Notes under the pieces: generated by a model
Seen by the model: only the letters and a program-made list of their open reading frames with translations
Told to the model about the DNA's origin: nothing
Databases searched by the model: none
In this document: piece by piece, positions 38,382-52,800 of the stretch
Numbering within the stretch: the stretch's first letter is position 1
Layout: each line of letters opens with the position of its first letter
NCBI GenBank assembly: GCA_051362555.1
Contig: CM120641.1
Location: 13,206,001-13,270,000, forward strand
DNA: 64,000 nt
From: Lingula anatina
Lineage: Eukaryota > Animalia > Brachiopoda
Direction: 5' to 3'
Translations under genes and position numbers: made by a program

Positions 38382-41300
38382 CTAGTTGTTCCCGTCACCC
38401 GGTTGAAGGGCTAATATTGGGCTTTGTCGATGTTCGGGAATGTCATGAAGATGCAAAAATTTAGAGCTTTCTGAACCGTTCGTGATATTTGCGACCTCCT
38501 CCTCCTCTTCCTCTTTTTCTTTGTTGTCATTGCCAAATATTGCGAGTTTAATGGTTACCCTAGAGCTGTCCCTCCCCATATAAGGTTTTGCTTCCTCTTG
38601 CTGGTAGTCGTCAAGTTTCATCTTTTTGATGAAACCCATACCTTGGCATTTGTCACACTCTTTGTCTTCTTTGTCTCTCCCAATGTGAAGATGTGTAAAG
38701 AAAGTCACCAGAGGGGCGAGGGAACCGGTATCACCTTGTGGACCAGCGATGGCCAAAAGAGTGGTAAAAAACAACAAAGAAAACAGAATAGAAAATCCAA
38801 TTACTGAAAAAATGAAAATCCCAAATTGGACGTAGAACTGAATTTCGGCAAACATCATGAAGATGGACGCTCCCAAAGTGGTGGTGGCACCTGATAGGAC
38901 GGAAATGCCCACGTGATCTAACATGTCGCGCACGCGCCCAAGACGGTCTCTGTGTGGAGACAGGTGATAGCCCTCTGCAAGGTGCACAACGTAGTCCACC
39001 GCCAGACCAACCACGAGACAGAGATTCAAGGATGTCAATACCTAAAATTCAAAAGAGCCTTCAATTTAAGCACTATCTGCATTGCATTCAGTGCCACAAG
39101 AGCTACTTAAAATACCACATAACATTTCATAGACATTTTATAAACGTTTCACCCAAGGCTTATTAAAACTGGTGATAAATGTGATTAGCTTTTTACGTGT
39201 AGAAAGCCCTGTTAATCAGTATCTGTTTTGATATATAGATACCCTACTTACCCCTAGTTTCCAGCCCACCATTGGAATGACTCCTACCACACACACCGTC
39301 ACCATACCCATAGTAAGAGTTGCCAAGAACCCCATAATGATATTCTGTGTGGCGAATACCAAGATTGGGAAGGAAAGAGAGATACCAATGACTATTCCCA
39401 TGAGAGCCGTGCTTGCCAGATTCTGCTGGACCTTCAGCCAGTGCCACGTATTCTCGGTTACTTGAAATCCGCCTTGTAATTCTGGAGGCATTTTAGCCAG
39501 CTGAAATCGACAAACGATAAAAATTACTTTTGCAGAACACAGATAACCATTGTATACTTTGGCAAGCTTAAACCAATTTTCCTTACAATTTCTTCGCAAC
39601 TTTGTTACTTTAATGACATTAAAAGATTCCCAGTACGATTCTACAGCATCAGTAAGACCAAGTCTCAAATGTGTAAATTTTCAATAAAATTTGCTATTGA
39701 TTACACATTTTCAGCACATCTGTTTACCCGATTTAACATTAAAAGTCAGTTATTTCAACCCACCTCTTCCTTCATAAAGTCCTCCCATCTCTCCATAATG
39801 GGCAGGCCCGTAGCATATCCCAACGCATGCGCATTTAATGTGGTATTCACCTCGATGGCTATGAATTTCAGTTTCGTTCCATAATAGGCTCCTAAAAAGA
39901 AATGAGAAAGGGAAAAGGACTGCCATAAATGTATTACGAATGCACCGTAGATTTTGGGATAATTCAGATGGTAACAATTGGTGGAGATTATATTAACTAA
40001 ATGCAAATGAAATCATTTTGTAAACAAGAACGTTTGCATTTGCTACAAATTGGTCACAGTCGGGAATTATGTAATAGAATTAAGTTAAAAATAATAAATA
40101 GAAACAATGATTTTTTATATCAAATAGAAAAGGGAAACTGTTTTTTTGCCAATGCGTGAATCGCAAACAGAATCAAAAGTAGAAATGGATTCTTCCCAAA
40201 AACATGAGTTTGGGAACAAAAGTGAACTAAATGAGCGATGTTGAACAGACGTGAGCTTTAGCTGATACGTATACAGCCACCTGGTAAGCAATGTCATTAC
40301 CTGTGACCATCCTAACAGGAGTGGTGTAACCATCTTCTTTCCATTCACCTATCAGTTTGTTGTAATTGCTGAAGTCTTCAGTATGCGTCATACGGTACCC
40401 GTCGCTCAACCAATAAGAGACAAAGATCTGGAAGAAACATGACGGACATGTTAACAAAATAACCGTGCTTAGTTTTTTGGAATTCCAGTTAATATTTGTC
40501 ATCTTTTAGATTCATAATATTTACAATATCAGCTCATTTTATTTTAGTGTAACTTAAAATTTTCTTTTATTCCTGTGTGCTTCTAGGGAATTTTGCACTA
40601 GACCTTTTATAAACCTTTATTCCATCTTACATAGTATGACTGATGAACCAAGGTTTAAGTCTAGTCTGTATCATAAAAAAAAAACGAAAATTTGAAGAGT
40701 TGCTTAGTATTACCTCAAAATATCGATAAAAAGTTCGCTTGATTTCGGCTAAGTTATAGATAAGTGGGTGGCTCTCCATAAACTGTTTTGTATTAGTCTC
40801 GGTCAGAGGGTACTCATAGCTGACATTTCTTTTCGTGTATTTGCTGCGGTTCCGATCTTTGAGCTCTTCTTTCTGGAAGGGAACATAAAAAATGCACTTT
40901 GTACCCTGTTCATCACGTAGACTGCTGATTATGTTATTGTTAGGATCAGGGTATGCGTTTTGTGATAAAGAAAATAGACAGGGTTGTTTATGACTCAGTT
41001 TGTTGGGTGCATTAAGTGCAAATGGGTATATCTGACTATTACAGTGTTTATGTGTGAGGTAAACAGGGGTTTCATGCATATTGCATATTTATCAAACATA
41101 GTAAGCAGAAATCGCAAATGAGAAGTCCATCCAAACAGCATCAAGAAGTGCTGCCAAAAATAGAACAGTTATTCGACCCAGTGATAACAGAATTATTAGT
41201 AGATACAGGCACAGTTCCAGTAAAGCTGCATGGAAACCAACCCACTATACTACTTTGACTGTTTTTAACCAGAAAAGACAGTTTGGCAGTTTGGTTCAAA

Positions 41301-44300
41301 TGAGAGACTCCCCTCCCTCAATTGTTTTGAAGTAGTGAACATCATGTGAAATACTAACTCGCGTGTCATTGAACTGTATGACAGATAAAAAAAGTCATTT
41401 CGTACCTTAACAAACGCCTCAAGATTATCCATGAAACAAGCGATCTGTGGTTTCTTGGTAACAAGATCCAATCGGACTTTTAATTCATCTCTCTCGTCAT
41501 CTGTCAAGGTTTTCAGTCGGGTACACAAATTCTGAAATTTGTAAAATCAGCATTTACGCCCGCTGCAAAAATAGTTTTAATATCAAACATCACGCCAATA
41601 GATAAATAACAATACAGTTATCACAGTAATGGTCAGATTTGAATTCTAATAACATATTACTTATGCATTAATTCTAATACACGAGGCATGACATGCTGTT
41701 AGTTAACCTGAATATAATGCAACTTTCCACTCAATGGAACTATGTCAAACCTGACAGTGCGTGCTGGAATGTATACAGAACTGAATGCCTTGAGGTTGGG
41801 AAAATTGGGTATGGTTTTCATGTCGAGAAATAAAAATTGTCAAGTTGCCTCACCTTCATAGCTATTTGTGCCGGTGGGGAATTGAGTCCGAACATATCAT
41901 CCCAGACCTGTTTCCCTGTACACCTGAAGTCTGACTGGTGACAGCCACTAACGTCTCGCTCTTTCAACCCCCACACCAAATACACTGTGACGTATTGATC
42001 TTCTTCGCTTGGTTTGAATGCGTGAAGGCGGCGGTTCTGTGCCTTGCCATAGTTGTTAGACGGCTTGTAGATCGGCAACTGGAAATTTTGAATGATTTTG
42101 ATTTCTTTAAGCTGACGAAATGCAAAAATTGGATGTTTACATTCATTCATATTTAATCTTACAAATGGACTTATAAGTGGTTAGATGCTTGAAGGAAAGA
42201 AGCAAATTGACAGATACAAACTGAAAACCAATCCTGCTAATTAAAACGGTATTACTGAAATGGTATTCTTTGCAGACATCAATTTGTGTATTACAAGTAA
42301 CTGTTCTCAACAATTATATATTAACACATAAACTTGTTTACAATCCAATTAGCCTATTACAAGACTGTAGTTCACATACCTCTTCCTCGTCTGGACTCAG
42401 CTCTTTGGCGTAGTAAATGAATACACCCAAGATCGCCGCGAAGCACAACAGGATCCAAAATTTCCAGAACGGGTGAGTAATAAACTTGAAATATTTGCCG
42501 CTGAGAAATCTGATGATCACATTTTTCTTTTTCTTTTCTTGCTGTGGGTTAGTAGAAGTACTGGACTGCCTACTGACTAAATGCGTTTTCGCCTCGCTCG
42601 ACTTCGGCGCGCAGCAACAACAAGCTTTGTTTCCCTTAAAGTAGAGATGGTGCACTATCACCACAGCTGGAAAGAAGGTTATGACGGACAAATAGTTAAC
42701 AAGCACTAATAGTCCAGAAAATAGTCCGAATGTTTTCACCGGCAAAATCGGAGATACGGCACTGGCGAAGAAGGCAATCATCGTGGTGCATGACGTCACA
42801 AGCATGGTTCCCGCCGCCCTTCGGTAACAATCAGAAAGCCGATGTGACAGGCTTGGATACTTCACCTTCCCTGTCGCTCTCCAGTTATCGTAAAAGACAA
42901 ATATATCATCTGCGCCTATGCCAAGAATGATGAAAATTGCCAAAATGTGGAAAAACCCAAAATATCTAAAATCTAAGACGATTCGGTATATAAGATTTGC
43001 ACAACAGAACCCAGTGACAATGCTTAGAACGGCCCAACTGGTCACCCAGAATGACCTGGTCTGAAACCAGATGAACCCAAATATGAAGCATAAGCTACCG
43101 ACGGCCAAAATTAAATCATAGACAACTTGATCTAGTACGTCATGAGCAAATAGCATAAGAGCATAGTAAATGAGATCTACGCCATTTGGTTTGTCCTTCA
43201 CAAATTCAACCAATTTTGGTTTGACGTCTTTGACTAGAAAATCTTGGACACGCGAAGTTTTCTCATCATCAGAATCGTTGCCAGGCAACGGCCAACCTAA
43301 CGGGAAACTGGAGCGTGTTAATGAGGCAAATGCTCCTTTCGCGTCTATCGAGGAGTCGGCGCTCATGAAGAACTGAAATGCCGTCTTCGTTTGATTATGA
43401 TGAGCTGCGGTAAACAGGACCTTGTGGATATTTTCAAAGTCGGGGTCGTAGAAAGTTGGGTGCAAGTGTTGATAAGTTCCATCAAAGTAACGCAAAATGG
43501 ACATCGGTTTCACACAGTTGTTCCGAAGATCCAGTTGGCAGAACTTATCTTGGTAATTCGTCAGGTTGTAGATCTCGTCTTCTAGGCGCTTCATATCTTC
43601 AAAGATCTCCTTCCGAAAAATGTTCTTGTCTTCTTCCACTTCATAGTACAGCGACAATTTGTCGAAATGGACGCTGCGGTTTCGGAACAGTATAAGGCTC
43701 TCTCGGGAGAAGCGGTTGATTTGGTGCCCTTTCCCGATGTCCGTTTCATTGTTACGATGTATCCACGAGAGCTCTCTCAGGCGGGTTACATCATTATTTA
43801 AGATCATAGGAAATCGATTGAACTCCGTCGGGAAGATGTCATAGCCTGCGGAGTACAATATCAGGGTCACGATCACAAAGAGGGCGTGGCAGCCTAGAGT
43901 GGAAACTGAAAAGATAGACAAGGAAAATTAATCATAGGTTCTAATTTACAAGACCATTTAGTTTCCCTACTTATGAACGTGTTGCATGAATTCACTATGT
44001 AAGGCGTGTCCAAATTGTGTGTCCTGTTTTAATACATGAGATAGCTTGAATACATCTTCTCTGGATTAAAGTGACATGCTGCACTCTTGGGTGGCTGGGC
44101 CCAGACAGTTTCCCTGTCACACACACTCAAGCTACAAACACTAAGACACACACACACGCACACTATAAGAGGTTAGTCCCTGTTCTAAACAAACACGGCG
44201 ATATCATTCCTTCAGAAATTACAAGTTAAGGACAAAAGATGAAATCTGCATTTTGCTTATTTTTTTTTTTTTAGTTTCAAATTTAAGCTTATTGCATATT

Positions 44301-45486
44301 CAATTTTCACCCAAGTACTGTAAATACCACAGCCAATAAAATGCAATATACTACTACTAAACTACTCACAGAAAGAGGCCCTTGGGTGCTTCACCAACAA
44401 ACGACAATACCACAGGGGAGGTCTCTCTCGTTCGCGTCTTAATTTTTCTTCCAGTTCGTCCTTTCTTTTCTTTTCTTTGTGTTCTTTCCTCCTGTTACGA
44501 AGTTCTGCTGCCGACGCATTTTCACAACTGTTGACATCCCCACCGTCTTCGCTGCCTCTTTCTATATCTCCTTTAGAGAAATCTTTCTCTTCACAAAACT
44601 GGGCGTGGCCATTTAGGTGTCCGTTTTGCTGTTGATGATCAACCTTGTGCTCTTTCCACAAGGGCTCCTTAAGTTCTTCGTTCACGGTTTCATTCATACT
44701 GACCGTGTCGACACTGTTATTGTCAGATGGCGTGGACATTTCTCTATCATTGTCAGAGTTTTCATAACCGGAATCCCTGTTGAGATCATTATGGCTCCCG
44801 GAGGACGACCGGACGTGCGCATACCTGAGATTGGAGACGTTGGGTATGGAAAAGGCTCGTCGTGAGTTGTCTCGGCCAGTTTCGTTTCGAAAATTGGCGG
44901 GATTGTTTGACGCGAATCCGAGGCCACGTGGGCCTCGAGAGTGAAGTTGGACCTGAGATTTTGAGTGTTCTTTTGATTCTTCGAGTAACAAACCTCGTAA
45001 AGACAGACGTTTGCGGTTAGTATCACAGACAGACACGGGGGCAGATACCTGCTTTTGATCTGAAGGTGTGGTGCCGTTTTTGGCAACAGGGGTTGAAGTG
45101 CGCTGGGTTAATTCTATTGCACAACTTGGCCTGGTCGAAGATCTCTGTAGCTCACTGACATTACCCAGTGAATACGAAGGACGCCTAGGCAAATTTTCAG
45201 TACCAACTCTTCTCCCGTTTCGCAAGTCGTTTTCGGCAGGGAGCTGTCGCAAATCTATACTCGACGTAGTCTGACTACTCCTGGGTGAACATCGCCTTAA
45301 ATCGCGTCTTAACGATTCACTAATAGCACGATCATCCGTTCTTTCCTCAGTGGGAGACATAAGAAGACGGCGAGCGTTTTGGTGTGCAAAATCTGATGCT
45401 TCTTGACGATCTCCCCGACTCTCGCTGGCCAGAGCCATAGCTTGGTCCGGCTCATCTTGCTCTCCTGTCGACATGCTGTCGCTCAT
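38382..45486 (-). CDS. Dispatched-family sterol-sensing-domain/RND membrane protein (~1438 aa)
   Basis: Exons (-): 45486-44370, 43905-42380, 42078-41854, 41531-41406, 40872-40714, 40427-40301, 39891-39764, 39500-39252, 39041-38382; all GT-AG, phases compatible, 4317 nt. SSD TM4 motif ILGIGADDIFV and TM10 motif VGLAVDYVVH. Orthology (DISP1 versus DISP3/PTCHD2-like or a lineage-specific paralog) is not resolved. Confidence 0.92.
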
Positions 45487-48400
45487 CGTGGCTAAGATCT
45501 GAAACGAAGAAGCAATCAGATTAAAGACAGCTTAGCCTTACGTAAGATGGATTTTGCGCACCTGTTGAGATTGAAAGAGAATGCAAGTGTTGATTAAAGA
45601 TTAGTAAAGAGCTAACAACGATCCTTCTCCCAGGGAGGTATTAGAGATAAATTGCGTCTCAAAAATCTGATCAAGTAGCAGGAGTTCTTCGCCAGCCTGT
45701 TGTCACTGGTTGAAGTCAACGTAACCTATCGTGTTATTGCAATGAAGTAACAAAATTAGATTTAGATCAAAGGACTGTATCAGGTGGTAAATCCAAATTA
45801 GTGCTTAGAGTTCCGCCAGGAGAGACGTGTCATTTGATGAAAATGGAAAAATAAGCATGCCAGGCACAGTAAAGGTATTGAAAGGTATTCGAAGCACGAA
45901 TATCATTTTTTTGTTATTCACTTGCAGTGAGGTTTTGAGAAGCAATGTTTCTTGTCATGCCATGACATTTGCAGAAAAGTCATAATGATGATCTCCTTAT
46001 TTCCTAAAGTCCAATCAGCTTAGTATAGCTGTCAAGGTGTTTGCATAACTAAGCAGTTGCATTTAAACTTCATTACAAGAGGAAACAATCGTTGTTAACG
46101 ATGGGTATTTTACATTTTTTTAAAAAAAAATTCCATATGATGTATTACAGTAAAAAAAAAAAGAAAACAGGCCTCGTTAGCTTTGTATCGATTGACAGCT
46201 GCGCTGATACAGATATTCGTGTTACAAGAAGTTGTTTACCACCAAGAACACGCAATCAGTCTTCTCATTACCACTTTTGCTAATTCCGCTTTTTATGAGG
46301 AAATTACCAAATGAAGTATTGAAACCTGATGAAGGTTTTGTGAACACAAGACGCCAGTTGCTTCCAAACCCTTGTTTTTTTAAACCTTTGAGAGCCTTTT
46401 CAAGGTATAGGTAAAAGATTACAGATTTCGTAAGTGAATGAGAGAACAAAAGAATAACAAAAGAGCATGTACTGTTTGACCACAGGGAGCGCAAGTAGTC
46501 TGTTACAAAATTGTTGCATCGCTGATACTAAAATAAAAATAAAGTATAATATTTAGCAGCCCCTTATATCAGATGGTAGCACAAACGTACATATACATCA
46601 CGTCTGAAGGTTTAAGACAAGCTTGGCGGTAAGAGGAGATATAGCCCTTTGCCACAGGAAGGTGAATCAGACAATATTTAACAGCTTTCTTTTCTTTATT
46701 TGGGTAAATTTATAGTTACATCATGTCTGCAAGACGGCCACAGCTGTAGCGCCCTACAGTATTCAATACAAGACGTTGAATATAATTAAGACTTGTCTTG
46801 ATTGACTTGATTAGACCTTTGCGAGGTACCGACCTTACCGAGGGAAAGGAAGAGAAGCTAATCAGAGGCAGAGATACAGCTCGCAACATATTAACCAGGA
46901 TTTTGACATTATGGCTGTTTATCGTACAGGCAAACAATGGCGGAATCTGTAGATTTTTGACACGGCGTGTTTGTTTTACATCAACATATGAACAATAATT
47001 ATGCAACATAAAAGGCAAGTAAGTCTACAACAACAACACACGTGAAAGTTGCAACTGCTAGTTAATGTGTAGAAGTTTCTAGTTTGCAATTTTTGCTACA
47101 TATGAAGTAAGTTGTTTACTGGTCGACTGCAGTTCATGACGGGGCATGACGTACGTGCACACTTCCAAAAACCACCATTAAAAACTCTTAAAAGCTCTCT
47201 CCAGTGTTTTCACTAAAACCAGATGTATATAGCAACACCAGGCATCCCCAGTACTGAGTAGTGCTGAAAATCAATAGCTTCCCCCAAGCTAAACATTGGT
47301 CGCTGAAAGCCAGACAACATCGACATATATGATTCCATTCTAATGATTTATAAGTCTTTAACAACACGCAAACTTGGTGAAAGCTACACGGGCGAACCAT
47401 GTATTGGGCTCACAGCTTGTATTTGGAGTCGTTCCACTGATGCGCTAATGAAAACTACTGATTTTACTATCTACAAATGGTTAAACGATAGGGTTAATCC
47501 ATTGAAGTTTTCTCAAACCTGACACATTGTTTAAATAATTTCACGAAATAGTGTTCCACGATGTAGAACAAATTTATTCTTGCTGCGTGCTTTTTACTCG
47601 CCTGCTGTTCGATTGTTAATTAACTACAGAAGCTGACGTTTTTCACTTTTTTCGCTTCGTTCGTTCGACTTGGGCTTCCGTGAATCTTTTTAATATTTTC
47701 TATCATTTGCTTGCTGGTTGATGAGAATTGCTTCATAGATTTTTGTAAGTCTTTTTTACACGATGTGCACACGAGATAACACTTCCTGATCCTCTTTGTT
47801 TCCGGATCTTTCTGTGGATTTTATATTTGCTCTTTGACAGACCTTGCTTCATAAATACCAATTATGAGAGATGTCGCCGTCTGTTTATATACTTAAAGTT
47901 GCTTACAGTACTTCATTTATTCCAGACTTTTTTGCCTGATGTTGAGATTTGTTTCATCAATTACATGTTTTTTGTGATTACTACCAACATGTACCTATTT
48001 AAAGCTGTGCGTACTCAAGTTTACTCAGTGTGAATCAAATAGCATGTTTTTTTAATGCTTCAGTGATGATGCCCACATGGATGGGAGAACTGTTCATTGT
48101 GGGACAGTGCTGGGCTTTTATAAGCAATAATGATATCCGCATTACATTTTTCTGCTGCTGACACGACCTTAGCTTCATTTCTCCACAAATGTACGTCACT
48201 AGCCAAAAAACTCCCCTTATTTACTATAATTTCCAACCATGAACAAACACTAAAACACACGCACACGCACACGCACACACACACATCCTGAAATCGTCAA
48301 AATGATCGACTGATCCAAATGTGATATATTTAAATAATTAATAAATAAAAAAATAATAATTTAAGATAAACATCACAAGTTTAACTAGTTTCATGTTACA

Positions 48401-49596
48401 GGAATGACAAAAGCAGATAGTTTTACTCAGTAACTAACGCCTTTCAATTGTTCCCTAACTGAATTTTCCGGTTAAACAGAGACAATGAATAATGAAACAT
48501 GCATAAAAAATCCTGCTACAGGAATTTTATTTGATGTACTGTTCACTTGCCACCTCACTGATATGATGCCTCTGTTATTTACGGCCCTAATATAAATCTA
48601 CTAAATGCATAGGCACATGCACAGTCTGCCCACTCGTAAAGGCGACCTTTGAGTTGTAATTGCGGTGGTATAAATCCTACTTGTGACGATGAGACATTAT
48701 TGTCAAAGCACCCAAATGGCATGGGAGGCCTTTCCCTTCAGGTCACGAGATTAACATGTGGTGGACTTTAACCCCGGCATAAAAATTTCTTCAGTTTTCC
48801 ATATTAAAATCTCTCTCCCGTTTTCAACGCTGTTTGGCTGTACTTTGACTGGTTTCGTGCAGCTTTCTGCGGTTTAAAACAAAGTTACCACAGGTGGGCC
48901 ATAGGGATTTCTTAGATTCAGTGGTGGTTCGTTTTTCTTGAGCTTCAGGTGGTCAAAATTCCGATAAATAAATAGAGGCATATATTATGCAATACACAGT
49001 GTTACCCAAAAAGACTGACCCCCCCCCTCCACTCGCCCCGACTCTTAAGAATCAGGTCCATACAGCCTTTTATAACAGCTGTTTTCAAGTCTTGGTATTT
49101 GTGAAATAGGAGTTTCGATGGTCGGGGTATTTCAACAATGAAATATGTACTGAGCTTTTTTTTTGCTGTGAACCGACTTCTAAGTCTGATATAAATCTAA
49201 GATATGGGCATTCCAATATTCCACATAAGGTTTGAACCGTTACACTTCTCTAAATTTTCATCAACACCTGTTCTACTACTATTGTAGATATTAAGAAATG
49301 ATTAAATGCAATCTACAAATGTCCCTACAAAGAAAAAAAAATGTTTCTTTACGAAAAAAATATTGCGGAGATTATAGATTTTGAATAAGATGAACATAAG
49401 ATCCATCATAACTTGTAGCACGTACCTTGCATGCCGATGACGTTCCTGTAGTACGAACTTCTTAACTTGGTGTAACAACAGCACTGTATTAAAACCTCGC
49501 CAGATACCCGATATATAAACGTACATGTAAATGTACATATGTTGTGTGATGAGAAATCCATCAAGCACTTATAATGAGCATTCAGTCCTGTCCTTA

Positions 49597-49805
49597 CCTT
49601 AGAATACAGGGCGTATGATCATCATCAGGCTGTTTTCTCCGTCAGAAACGAAACAGCAGAGAATTAGAACTGAGTACCCATTCAGAAAGGAGCTAAAAAA
49701 ACCCTGGAGTAGCCTCGATCAAGTCGACTTCGTTCTGTTGTCAGTCAAGCTGCTTTCGCCAGTTGGGTTGCCCGGATGAACATTTACGGCACAGTTCTAT
49801 ATATT
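49597..49805 (-). promoter_or_regulatory. Candidate non-coding first exon and TATA-like element for the Dispatched-like gene
   Basis: The ATG exon has a splice acceptor just upstream (TTTCAG|ATCTTAGCCACGATG), so an upstream exon is required. A strong minus-strand donor AAG|GTAAGG lies at ~49597 and TATATA at ~49797-49803. Confidence 0.3.
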
Positions 49806-52800
49806 TGCACTCTTTTATTGTGTTGTGTCGCTTTAGCTTTGGCGTATAGCGTATATAGAATTCCATCCCGCCATATGAGCAATTTTCCCAATTGATCTAT
49901 GAATAGATGACACCTGCCCCTGTTCGCTTTACATAAAATAAAAACATAAAAGACACCTCGCAATGACCTGCGTGGTACTTTTATATAAAAAGGGTCACAT
50001 CTCGGAAGAGCATCTGTAGCTGAAATTGCAAATACACACGTGCCCACTAATCTACACAACATTTAAGTGTGAAAAAAAAACGCTATGCAATTTAGACAAT
50101 TTAGAATCTGGGTTGGTTGAACTTTCCCGTCAAAGCGGTAAAATAATCGGGCAACTGTTTCTGCTCTGTAAATGGGGTTGATTTTCAGATAATTTATCCT
50201 AAAGTGCACCATTTTTTCAGCCTGCATGTTCCTCGGCTAAATTTATACTTATGTAACGCATCACTTCCTCTCAAACCTAGATACTGGATACAAATATTTT
50301 ATGGCAGGTTTACCCCTTGCTTCCAGATATTTGCACACACTTCTGAATCAATCCCAGCGTGGATGTACAAACGTAACATGTTTGTTGTCTCATGACGAGG
50401 TCGGTTTGGACAAAATAAAATGCGGGACTGTAGATCAATTTGTAACTCGATAAAAACAAGTTGCACTTTGTATACACAGAGAAGGAGGAGGGGAAATAGT
50501 CGTATTTAGCACTAAATGCTGTAAACTTTTGCAAATTCTGCACAAAACGGTCGCAGGATATTTCTTTCCGATCGTTTAAGAAAAGAGATCGGGATCACTT
50601 ACATAAATCTGTAAAGCCTACTTAGTTGTTCGTGTCACAGTACACACTGTATGACGCATACGTTGTCTGCAAGACTGACATGAAATACTGTCATTGGTCG
50701 CTTTAGATGCATATATTTCTTTTCAAACGATAATCTTCTGCAGACCCTGTTCGATAAGCAACTAACGCATTAAAAATAAATTTAGAAGTGTTTACTCACC
50801 GTGAATATGCTTCACAAAACCATAAAACACTTGTGAGAACTATATTGATAATTAATAACGCACATCAATTAGGCCTATTAGTTAATATTCATGTGGTTTC
50901 CAGTAAACCAATATTTTACATCCGCTACCGTAAGCATCGCGAGTTTCACAGCACAAGCTCAATGAAGGCAGAAAGCCCGCCGCTGCATAAATAATGTATT
51001 TACATGTCCACAGTCATGTTAGGCTTGAAAATCGATTAATTCATTGATTTATGAGCATATCTTACTTCATGGGGAGAAACGTGGTTTCTTTTGCTGAACA
51101 GTTTTGGCGGCAACGCTCGATAACAGAATATTGTGGCCAGGGCTGCGGTTTCCATGTGGTGTGCATGATAATTAGTACCTAATCAAAATCAGTTGACTTC
51201 CCTGTATTAATTGATTTTTTTCTTTCGTAAGGAGCCCTATAGTACTGTGCCCTACTTCTGGGATTTTATGATCCCTCTCTCCCTATCTCTCTCTCTCTCT
51301 CTCTCGACCGTGCGTGCGCATGTGCGTCTGTGTTTATGAGTCACTTTTGGGATTTAATGATCTCTCTCTCTTTATTGCAGATGTGTGTGCGTGTGTGCAT
51401 GCGTGCGTGCATGTGTGCGTGTGTGTGTGTCACAACCTCCCTTTCTTTTATTTTCCTTTCATTTATTTTCTTTGTACTTTAATACTTTAAAAAGTTGACC
51501 TGCCATATGTATATGCTACCAGTTCGAATTGTTAAGGGCCAGCGTTGTAAATTAGGCAATGTTCACAATATCATTTCAGTCAAGAAGCACGCTGGAAACA
51601 CAAGTCTTCTTAACGGAATAATCCATTTGATCATTTTACTTCCTTAAGTGCCATTTTCTCTTATATCAGTTCTCGTAAGGGCACAAATAACTGCTGTACA
51701 ATTTACGTGACTCTTTGCAGTCTACCAAAAACAAAGAAATTTATCCTGAAATAAAATCGAAGAACAAGCATCCCGTAATATACGGGACTCCGGGACATGC
51801 GTATTCTCAATATGAACAGCTGTTACATCAGTTCTTGGTAAAGACAATCAGAAAACATTTCAAGCCCCTTGTTCACACTCATCGCTGTTGTAACATTACT
51901 GATTTTTTATTGTCAAAATATTAACACATCTTCTAGTATATATTAGCCATATGGTTATTATGATATATTTGTACAATCACCGAAATAAGTTTATATTTGA
52001 TTTGGTGCGGCGATTTGTGGAATGAAATTGTACTTGAAGCCCTAATTAAAAATAAACATATTTTCAGGATGTTCTATGTTGACCTAGGCACAAGGACCAA
52101 TATCGATCAGATTTTGGGATGAATCCAAACCGATGCCCTCGTGATATATTTAAGTTATCATTTACTCGATTTGTATCAGATACCCGTCGTAATAAGGCCA
52201 GTGCATAATTACATACATATTGGCCTGATATGTAACATGTTGAATATGATATACAGTGTTAATATGCTCTGTACAAAACATTTGTTTGGACGTTTTATAA
52301 TACTTTAATATGAAAACTGCCACATGTGCTAAGATACACTACTTAAATATAGTGACGCAAGTACCTCCCCAAAAATATATAATTGCTTTTTCACCAAGTG
52401 ACTGAATATGAAACTTGAGAATGAGGAATGCTTGAAATAAAATCGAAAAGAAAGAAATATAATGGCAAGCAATACACTGTACATGTAAACATTTCCGTCG
52501 AATGTGATTTTAAAGACGTGATACCCGTATACAGTATGTCCACTCTATAGCTCGCAGTGATGAACTATGGGCGTTACTTGTGGTGTCTCTACCGCCTCGT
52601 TACATCAGTATTTTATAGTGATTTATTCTAGTTTTATACACTATGTGCCCGTACATATCAGCATGTGGATCAATACGTAAAACACATTGTTCAAAGTTAA
52701 AGCCCATCTTTTTTTCATATCTTGTTTTACGGTCAAGTCGATATGATTTTTGAGAAAACAAATAAATGAAAATAGAATGTACCATGTCATTTTAATCTCG

